From Selaginella moellendorffii (taxonomy: Eukaryota; Plantae; Lycopodiophyta), in NCBI RefSeq assembly GCF_000143415.4, contig NW_003314492.1, positions 1 to 30,535 of the forward strand: DNA of 30,535 nucleotides. The letters are read 5' to 3'. The notes under the pieces were generated by a model, which saw only the letters and a program-made list of their open reading frames with translations, ran no database searches and was not told the origin of the DNA. The position numbers were made by a program, and so were the translations under genes. Each line of letters begins with the position of its first letter. Within the stretch, counting starts at the first letter, position 1. Positions 22,011-30,535 of the stretch are shown piece after piece.

Positions 22011-22433
22011 TCAGTGGTAGAAGAGCTTGGCAATGACTTTGATGATGAAAGTAGCACCATCAATGGAGAGGCTCGCGATGAAGTTGGTTTTGCCATTAAA
22101 CTCGTTATGGCTGTCGATGATCGAGAAGACAAACATGGCGTTGAAAGCATTCCCAGGTTGAATCTGAGTATAGATGTAAACTCCCTCACCCGGTCTTGGA
22201 TGTTTGCAGTGAAGGACCCAGCGAGAGATTGTCATTGAAGACGATGACCTCCCAAAGTCGATGCCTGTGATGTTGTGACCCGGGCCGGCCACCTCTTGGG
22301 AGGTGTCACCGGATGGATTGGTGGTGTTTTGGAGAGTGTCGCGGAGAGATGAGGGTCTCTTTGGAGGAGCAGCAGTGATTTGAGAAGCTGTGATCATCGT
22401 GACCACAAGAAGAAGAAGATAGCGGAACTCCAT
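22011..22433 (-). CDS. Orphan putatively secreted protein, 140 aa, intronless
   Basis: ATG start and hydrophobic leader MEFRYLLLLVVTMITASQITA, with an AT-rich TATA-like region about 50-65 nt upstream. No family recognised. Confidence 0.6.
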   Translation of the reverse strand: MEFRYLLLLVVTMITASQITAAPPKRPSSLRDTLQNTTNPSGDTSQEVAGPGHNITGIDFGRSSSSMTISRWVLHCKHPRPGEGVYIYTQIQPGNAFNAMFVFSIIDSHNEFNGKTNFIASLSIDGATFIIKVIAKLFYH

Positions 22434-22672
22434 GGATCAGAGACTACTTGGGAAAACACTTTGATCTTGGTAGCTTTGCATAAATATTTATTTAAAACTA
22501 GGAGGATAGTTATTAGTATGATCACTAGAATCACGCACTATATGGACTTCTTGTCATGCTATACTGTAGTTAAAAAAAGAAAAGTATCCTTGCCTAAATA
22601 TTTAGAGGATAGTTATATACTGTAGTTCAAAAAAATCCTATAAATTATGGTCTAACTTTACTTTTTATTAGA

Positions 22673-22969
22673 ATGCGAGGAGGAAGTGATCGAGGGGGAG
22701 CAGCAGCGGCTTCCGGTGAGAGGTCAGGTGTGATGGAGCAATTGTCCAAGGATTTGAAGAACCTGGTCTCTACCACCTATTCCTCCTCCTTGCGCCTGGG
22801 GATGGCCTTCTACTTCCGTGGAACGCACATCAAAATCGACTGTGATAGAGGAGCCCCTGGGGACATCGATTTTCCTCTCCCCAGGGATGAGCTGATTGAT
22901 GTTATTGAGTGCGTCTACCGGGCGGCAAAAAAGGGTCACGCCATTGCCATGTCTCCTAAGGCTTATTGA
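22673..22969 (+). CDS. Truncated, divergent DIM1/TXNL4 (YLS8)-like ORF; C-terminal half only, possibly a pseudogene
   Basis: FYFRGTHIKIDCDRGAPGDIDF..RDELIDVIECVYRAAKKGHAIAMSPKAY aligns with the DIM1 sequence FFFRNKHIMIDLGTGNNNKINW..KQEFIDIIETVYRGARKGRGLVIAPKDY. A TATAAA lies near 22639. Confidence 0.7.
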   Translation: MRGGSDRGGAAAASGERSGVMEQLSKDLKNLVSTTYSSSLRLGMAFYFRGTHIKIDCDRGAPGDIDFPLPRDELIDVIECVYRAAKKGHAIAMSPKAY

Positions 22970-23053
22970 ACTTGCTGCATCTTATGCTCGCAATCCTTCT
23001 CAAGGTAGATTAGCTACATCTTCGCGAAACATTACTATTATTATTATTAATCT

Positions 23054-24088
23054 CTAACCTTCTAACGTATGATCGTTGAAAGTTCTACAAAGGGTCATAT
23101 AAGGAGCAGCACTGTGCGGCTCTAGCTCCATCACTCTGTTCCCAGATCTAAGACCTCGTCTTGTGTCGCCATGGACTCGACAAGCTCCCATAAGAGCCGT
23201 CCAAGAGATGGAATCCGGGAAGAATGGCATGTTGTCTAAAAGGTCTTGAGCCATTTTCAGCTGCCCTGCTCGAGCAAGGCTGTCAATCACGCAAGAGAAG
23301 TGCTTCAGCCTTCGTCTCAATCCATAGTCCATGCTCAAAGACACCAAAAAGTCACGACTCCTGCCAGATTTACCTTGACGGGCACAGGCGGCCAAAACTC
23401 CAGTGAAAGTAATCTCATCACACTCCACTCCATGGATCTGCAGCAAGAAGAAGAGATCCAGAGCTTTAGAAACAGTACGCCCAAGAGAGGCATACGCCAG
23501 GATCAAAACATTCCAGGATACCAGGTCTCTTTCGTCCATCTCGTTAAAAGTTTTCCTTGCAAGGTCTAGTTCACCGCAAGAGGCATATGCTTCTATCATG
23601 GCGGTGCACGCTACGACGTCTCTAACCGGCATCTTTTCTAGCAAGTGCCGGGCAGCTTCCAGATGCCCGTTCCGAGCATATGCTGTTACAATGGCGGCCC
23701 ACGAACAAATATTGTGCTCTGGCATTAGATTCTCAAAGACACCCATGGAATTTTCTACAATGCCATGCATGGAATATGCCGTCAGCATGGCTGTGTATGT
23801 GACAACGTTCCATTCTGGCATGCTATTAAAAAGAGCGCACGATTCCTCCAGATGCCCAGCTTCTGAATACGCTGTGATCATGGTTGTCCACGACACGAGA
23901 TCTTTGTAGGGCATTTTCTTAAAGAGCGCTTGGGCCTCTAAATCTTGGCCATGCTTGAGACAAGCACTGATTATTGCGTTCCATGAAACTACACTCTTTT
24001 GAGGCATTGCATCGAAGACAACCCTGGCATTGTGTAAGTCTTGAGCTCTGCTGATCAATTTAGTCCAAGTAACAATCCCTTGGCTCAT
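23054..24088 (-). CDS. PLS-class pentatricopeptide repeat protein with E domain and no DYW, 344 aa
   Basis: Repeated motifs of about 31 aa (VVSWNAIISA, DLVSWTTMITAY, NVVTYTAMLTAY), then ITFTGVLAAC, HFSCVIDSLARAGQL and the E motif PDSISWTALMGACRVHGD. Confidence 0.93.
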   Translation of the reverse strand: MSQGIVTWTKLISRAQDLHNARVVFDAMPQKSVVSWNAIISACLKHGQDLEAQALFKKMPYKDLVSWTTMITAYSEAGHLEESCALFNSMPEWNVVTYTAMLTAYSMHGIVENSMGVFENLMPEHNICSWAAIVTAYARNGHLEAARHLLEKMPVRDVVACTAMIEAYASCGELDLARKTFNEMDERDLVSWNVLILAYASLGRTVSKALDLFFLLQIHGVECDEITFTGVLAACARQGKSGRSRDFLVSLSMDYGLRRRLKHFSCVIDSLARAGQLKMAQDLLDNMPFFPDSISWTALMGACRVHGDTRRGLRSGNRVMELEPHSAAPYMTLCRTFNDHTLEG

Positions 24089-24559
24089 GTTTTAAAACCA
24101 TTACCCAAACATCCAGTGAAGTATGATGTTGAAAAACTTAACAGTGATTTTTTGGATATTCAGATGTTTATAAGCATTATAAATTTCCTTAAATACCAAG
24201 TATATGGTGAATGTTCACCACTTGGAGTGCATTGAAAATTTGAATTTTCACGGGATATACCAAACTCCCAAAGGGAGAGTTTACTGAAGACTACTTCTTG
24301 ATGGGTGCCACTAAACCCTGTAAACAGATGAACCTCTATTTGTCTTTTAAGGTTTGAGACTAAGCCACTGGACAGACGAGAGTATAGGACCTTTCCTTGT
24401 CTGCTTGTTCTGAGAGGGTTTTCTGTGCTGTGTTTGCTTGAAGTTGGAATACTCTTTCCTGAGCCCTGGGCACTAGCTCCATTTGAAGTTCCAATATTAT
24501 TAAAAGGGTTACTTATATGTAAAGTTTTAACCGTAAAAGGGCATGTTACAAAAATCGTC

Positions 24560-25480
24560 CAGCCCTTGCCGCTATAAACTGAGCAGCACGCGTACAATGA
24601 CTTGGTCCGCTAGAGCCACGAGAACTTCATCGTGGACGGCTCTCCCATAGGCGTTGACTGCCACCATGCCTTCAAGGTCCAGAGCAGCTTAGTCTGTACG
24701 TGGCGATCATGAAGTTCCAGTCCATGAGTTTCACCAAGCAGCATGTGTTTTTAGGGCAACGAGAGAATGGCAAAATAAGGGGCAGGCCGGGGAAACCACC
24801 GGCCTCCACCACCACCCGTGCTTGCTCCAACACCTCCTTTGCGATGGGGTAGTGATATGGCAAAAACTCATCGTGGGAAAAGAGATCATACGGTCCGTCA
24901 CTTCGGTGATGATTCGCTAGGGTTTGGAAGCCACCACCGCCGGTTCGTCGGCCACCTCACGCACTGCGGCCCTCCATCTGATAAACTCTTGATAGCAGAA
25001 GCGCGACGCATCCACAGCAAACTCCTCTCCGCAGCACACGCCAGCCTCTGCGCAAACTCGATCGCCGGCCGGAGCTCACTCGTCGTGAGCATGTCGCATG
25101 GCTGCTTGTCCACCACCACTCCACCCATTCGGGCGCGCCCGTGAGAAGTTGAGGCCGTCTTGTGAGATGCAGAGCGGCTCCTCGAAGAGGATAGCATAGT
25201 CGAGGCGCTGGGCGCAACTGGCGAACTTGCGGTAGAAGGAGTGGTCGAGGAGCATGTCCATTTGGAAGCGAGACGCTTCAAGGCCAGGCCGACTAGGGAT
25301 GTGTAGTTCCAGTAGTAGTCGTCCCTATTAGCGGCCCTCAGCTAGCGGCCGAGTCTCAGCTATCAGTTGCGATGCGGCTTGTAGAGAACCAGGCCTGGAT
25401 AGCGGAGAAGACCCAGATCACATATAAAATATCATCATCATACTCATCGTAAAAGACGCGGCAAAGCAAGCATTTTTGTG
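24560..25480 (-). pseudogene. GC-rich, frameshifted coding-like remnant of unknown family
   Basis: Protein-like segments continue across frames: LIAETRPLAEAANRDDYYWNYTSLVGLALKRLAS / MDMLLDHSFYRKFASCAQRLDYAILFEEPL / GVVVDKQPCDMLTTSELRPAIEFAQRL / YPIAKEVLEQARVVVEAGGFPGLPLILPF. GC content is higher than in the flanks. Confidence 0.35.
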
Positions 25481-25887
25481 GACTTTTGGCCGTCAGACGT
25501 TTCGGCCATTGTCCCTCCCCGACCACATCCATGCGCGGCACAACTGCTCATCTTTGGGAGCTCTGCCTGCTTGCTCTTTTTCTTTCCCAAGATGGCCCTG
25601 CAAGTGGAGTTGTACAGACTTTGCAGAATAAAAAAAGAAGATACGTAAAAAGAACCAGATGCTTGACATCTTCCATGCGTGGGCATCTTTCTTTTCCACT
25701 AACAGGGAAGTCGTGCAAATCCCTGCTCGAGGACATCCTGCCCATCCACTTTGTAGCTGATTTGTATTCTCGTGTTACTGTCACTGATTATTAAGCAACC
25801 CTTGTTTCTTCGCTCACCTTTGGACTGATAACAAAGTCCGTGCATGTCAGATTCCAAAATCAGGGTCAACTGGGGTTGATAAGCTCC

Positions 25888-25922
25888 ATAAGTCTCACTT
25901 TGATAAGTCTCACTTTGATAAG
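25888..25922 (+). repeat. 15-bp tandem duplication (ATAAGTCTCACTTTG)x2
   Basis: ataagtctcactttg ataagtctcactttg ataag is directly visible. Confidence 0.85.
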
Positions 25923-27526
25923 CAAGCATGGTCCTGTACTTTGGAGCTGCAAACACGCAAAAAAGCATACATCAAAGTTGATATCAAAGCTGATTAGTTA
26001 CCACCATATTACTGTCTCCAAGAAGTCTCCTTGCTTTGACAAACGTCTGTTTTATCGGTTGAGAGAGTGAATCCAGGCCACTGCTCAGATTGCACGGACA
26101 AACAATCCATCAGCACCACCTGAAGGTTTTTCAAACTTGTCAGATGCTACTAGCATATTATGAGGTGCAGAGGGTGTGCTTGGATTTCTTAGTCTTCTTC
26201 AGGTCTTGCCTATATAAAAACCCACTAAACGGTCTACACGCTACGAGATCTCACACTTAGATTTTGCAAGCTACCGGTCTTCTATACAGGGGTGGCTAGA
26301 AATCCAGAAGATAATTCATACCCTTATACACAGACGTCAGCTTGTTGTCTTATTAAAACTCTGTCACAACATGAAACTCCATGTCAGCATGAACATCCAA
26401 CATGTAATGAAACTCATCTAAGCTGTCGAGTCCTGTACTTAAGCCCTGGATAGAATAGTATAAAAAATGTCTATATAAGTAATCCACCTGTGTACTTCAA
26501 TTAGTGTTACTTGGGTCCAGTCCATACGAATTGTAATCACCGTAAGGAGTGAGAGGAATAACAGCCGAGCATATATATGTATATATAAGATGCTTTTGTT
26601 GTTGGATCAGGCTATGGAGGATCAATTGCTGTCTGTCAACTCACAAAAGGTGGGTTGTGTGTGTGCTAGAAAAGGGAAGATGATGGGATCCTCACAAGTG
26701 TGTTCACTTTTGGTGTTCAGATCCAACAACCTGGAATATCTCAGTTTATTCTATAAAATAACTGGTAAAATGTAGATTATAAATTATTTAAAGATTTAAT
26801 TTTATAAATATTAAATAAAATTATAAAACTCAGTTTAATTTATTTATGTCTCTTTTTAACCTTACCAATTTCTAAAGTAGCTATAAATCTTGGTGAGCTT
26901 AGTTGTTGCCCTTGAGATCACACACCTCCCCTATAACAAATAATGGCAAGGTTCTAGCATGTCCATCTCATGCTATTTAGCTGTTGAAATGTAAATCCCC
27001 TAGTGGATAATCTTCATTGATGAACATGAAAAGGCCTTAGAGTTGCATCCTTTTGCACTACACAAGAAGCCTCTCATTGAGTGTTGGATTCACATTAATC
27101 TATTATAGGACAAAATGCCTTAAAATGTGGGTATTCAAAATGGTTTTTAGATTAGCCACCACAAGACTATTCAGTCTTTAATGTTGATATGAGAGTTGAG
27201 ATTCGAGATTGAATTGTTTGGGGGTTTAAGTTGAAAAATGAAAAGTAGAGCTACAAGCTAGATCTGGACAGCTTAGTGAGGTGAGTTGCATGATGGCAGA
27301 TTCTACTTTGGGCTACAAAGACTTTTATGATTGAGGTAAAGAGTAAACATTTTTACAATTATTTGCAACTAGAGATTTGCCCTATACTAATATTAATATA
27401 GTGGGATTTGATAGCCATCTGATTGGTTTCAATTCGGACCATTCGCTCCTGTATATAAATTAAGGTTTTTGGGTTAATTGATATACACATTTCTCTATTC
27501 TATTTCTATATTCTACACACTCACAT

Positions 27527-27544
27527 TGGTGAAGATGAGGGGTA
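27527..27544 (+). promoter_or_regulatory. Primer-binding site complementary to the tRNA-Ala 3' end
   Basis: TGGTGAAGATGAGGGGTA matches TGGTGGAGATGCGGGGTA, the complement of the plant tRNA-Ala 3' end as I recall it, at 16/18 positions. It starts 1 nt after the LTR-terminal CA. Confidence 0.75.
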
Positions 27545-29901
27545 ACTTTAATTGTCCCTATGGAGTGTTTGGATTTGGGATTTTAGTTTAGATCTACCGT
27601 TTGTATTGTCTAGATCTCAATTTCCTTATAGTTTTTTCAATTTCTTTTTTTTTTTTTTCTTCCTTTTTGTTTATCTTCATCGCAAAGTAGTAGCCTCCTC
27701 CTATTTTAACTTTGGAGTAGTAGTTGGTGTAGTTGCTCAATACTATATGGTTGCAGTTGAATAATCACACTTTGTTGATGGCAGCATTCACAGTGTATGG
27801 TACAGCTCCTTCTACTCTTATTACTAATCCTCGCATTTGGCTGAAATTCTTATGTGGGAACCTTGGGGATGATGTGTACCATTGGTTCAATCACTTTATG
27901 GTGATTGCCATATATCATTCTTGTGATAATGCTCAGTATTTATGTAAATTTCCCATATGTCTCCAAGGGATAATACTATAGTGGTATAACGGTTTGAGTG
28001 TAACCACTCATATGAATTGGAGCATTCTCCTTGATATCTTTAAACATGTATTTAGACATGCCAATGATTTTTTAAACAATTGCATCATCTTTTTCAAGGG
28101 CTATCTAAATTAGTGATGCAATTTAGCATTTGTTTCTACAACCTCTTGCTTTGTGCAAAGCCAAATATGTCAGAGAAGGTCAAGTTGAGAATGTTGTGGT
28201 TAATACTTTGTCAAAATCTTGTAAGATTTATACATGTACTTGCTCCAACCACCCTTGACGATGCTCTTTTCTTGGCACAACATTATAATATATCACCTCT
28301 TCCATTTCTCATTGCAGATCCTTTAACTCCACTTTCTTTGGGAGATGGTCTTGTTCCAATGGAGGTTGATGCTGCTGCTACCCGTGTTCAAGGACAAGGG
28401 CGAGAATGTGGTTATGGCCATGATGTTCACTATTGGACATATGATGAAGTTGGTCACACTTATCAATGCTATCGTATTTTCCGGATTAGCAACCTCTATT
28501 TCCTATGTGGAGACCTTGGCATCAACGTCATATTGGTGCTACTATAGTAGGTCTAGACACTGCAATGCTTTCAGAAAATGAGGAGTCATATAAATAACAA
28601 GGGTCCTTGCATGAATAAATTAGTGACTCTTCTATCTTTCTTTCAAAAGTATCATCAAATGGTTCACTCGGCATTAGTTCATTTAGTGTTTACTTTCCAA
28701 GCTTGTTTTGATAATAAAATCTTTTATTATTCTCTCCATATTAATTGATATAGGCTCGAGTTTATCTTCTATTGCTCAGCATGTTGCTACACATTGTTAT
28801 CTATATTTGCGTTAAGTGATATAGCCATTTTTCATTCATTATAGAAATGTTTGTACACATGTATATATATGGGATGAAGTAGATTTAGTTGTGCATATGG
28901 GTGATCTCGAGTTTGAGTTGCAACTATTATAAGTTGTGTCGAGTTAAGCTTTTGACTTCACCCTTGATATAGATTGGTTGTGGCACAATCATGCTAAGTG
29001 TGACTTTGAGACTTCTTCCCTTGTCTCATACTTCTTTATATTTTTTATATTCTTCTCACTCCTGTTCTTCTTTATTTCTCTACTTTTACATTTGCTTTTA
29101 TCACTTTTGTCTCCCCATTATTTACTCTTATATTTTTTCTATTCCCTCTTCAAATCCCTATAACAATCTTTGTGTTGTAGCGGTTGACCAGTTCATGAAG
29201 GAGTATGTCAATCTTTTTGAATTTGACCTATCTTCTGGGGCCAAAATTGCAACATGTCATCCTATTCCAATTAGGGATGCTTATCCAATTAAGCTTTCTG
29301 TTCATTATTGATCACTAAAAGAGATCAAGATTTTACGTGCAAACATCAGTAAAATGTTGGAAAAGGGTGTTATTCTTATGCGCGTGAACTTTATCTTATA
29401 ATGAAGCTTAATAGGAATATTTGTTTCTACATCAACTATCATTTGTTAAATGAAGTAACAATCCTAAATATGTACCTTCTTCCTCATACTGTTGATTTTT
29501 GGGATTGTTTGAGAAGTCATTGGTTTACCAAGTTAAATCTTGCTTTTGAGTATTGGCAAGTGCCGATGGCCAAGAAAGATATTCCTAAGACTACTTTTCG
29601 TACACCATTTGGTTTGTATGAATTCTTTGTGATATCATTTGGCTTGAACAATACTCTAGCAACTTTTTAGTGGATAATGGACAAGGTTCTTTGCAATATT
29701 CTAGAAGTGACTATTAACTTCATTAATGATGTTTTGATCCACTAAGAGGGGATATAAGAAGAATATATCCATGATGTTCATAAAGTGTTGAATCAATTGC
29801 AAGAAGTTTATTTAAAGCTAAAGCGGTCAAAGTGCATGTTTGGGTCTAAAGACACAATTTATCTTGGGTACTATATTTTTTGTGAGGGTTTGCAAGTTGA
29901 T

Positions 29902-30330
29902 CTTTATTTGAATTTTTGGTTTGCTTAAATAAACGCTGTAGTAGTCAAATTGGGACCCATTTTCATTCATGGACTCATGCACTCACAGCAACAAAGCCTC
30001 AAAGACAACACACCTTTCTAGTCGTAACGTCTGCCAAACACCCCGTGAGCTCAGACTCTACTCCCCACCTCTGAGGTATCAATCTCCCTTCTCCCCAACC
30101 TCGCAAGAACCCCTCAAGATATCCCACCACATCAGCCTATTCACCATGTGAATTGTTCGCCAAGAAGCACCACCTGTTATGTGATACAACCAAAAACTAG
30201 AAAAAGTTAGGGTTAGGTTCGACATAAGGGCTTTGTTAATTAGTTGGGACACCTTAGCCCGCTACATATGTAGCGGTCACTCCCCCATTTACTTTGTGTG
30301 TCCTCACACAACTCTTAGACTAATGTCACA
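29902..30330. mobile_element. About 430-bp nested insertion interrupting RT, containing a solo-LTR-like TGTAG...CTACA unit (29937-30266)
   Basis: The RT peptide breaks at EGLQVD (about 29901) and resumes at DKLVIVLKFP (about 30333). The intervening sequence is non-RT and C-rich, with TG...CA termini. Confidence 0.7.
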
Positions 30331-30535
30331 TGGACAAACTTGTGATTGTTTTAAAGTTTCCAACTTCAAAATGTATGAATGATGTGCAATGCTTTTTGGG
30401 CAAGGTGCAATATCTTAGTCATTTTGTTGATTATTTTTCTAGTTGCACTACACTATTGCGAGCATTGCTGAAGTTATCAACATCATCTTTCATTTGGTTT
30501 AAGGATTGCAAATAGGCATTTATGGATCTCAAAGA

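Larger units (their letters stand above)
27400..30535 (+). mobile_element. Decayed Ty3/gypsy LTR retrotransposon (5' LTR start undefined; runs off the window)
   Basis: TATA box near 27452, LTR end ...CACA at 27525, then the PBS. Gag remnants at about 27860-28480 (WYNGL, APTTLDDA, VPMEVD, degenerate zinc knuckle). Protease ILIDIGSS near 28740. RT from about 29400 (WFTKLNL..YWQVPM..DIPKTTFRTPFGLYEF..FGL; FIND in place of YxDD; KCMFG; YLGY; DVQCFLG). RT follows PR directly. Many stop codons. Confidence 0.92.

Noticed and set aside
14854-24088. The gene set as a biosynthetic or functional cluster
   Set aside because: The functions are unrelated, and adjacency is explained by genome compaction.

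Overview
Eukaryotic land-plant nuclear DNA with three N-gaps (5316-5449, 6373-6876, 7819-7918). Very short introns (mostly 47-110 nt), tightly packed genes and a PLS-type PPR made of short motifs suggest a compact lycophyte genome such as Selaginella; this is inference only. Splicing by hand gives complete or nearly complete models for: a divergent 40S ribosomal protein S15a/uS8, a DIN11-like 2OG-Fe(II) dioxygenase, a ZF-HD transcription factor, UEV1/MMS2, a class III peroxidase, a double B-box (BBX) protein, a secreted glycine-rich protein, LST8 head-to-head with RsmG/GidB, an orphan secreted protein, a truncated DIM1-like ORF and a PLS-E PPR. The left ~5.5 kb and right ~6 kb hold repeats and pseudogenes. 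These include an inverted diverged duplication, a kinase fragment, and a decayed Ty3/gypsy element with a tRNA-Ala PBS and a nested insertion in RT. I found no clearly new multi-gene system. The best leads are the divergent S15a (a possible mitoribosomal uS8 replacement), the 57-nt LST8/RsmG divergent spacer and the orphan secreted ORF.
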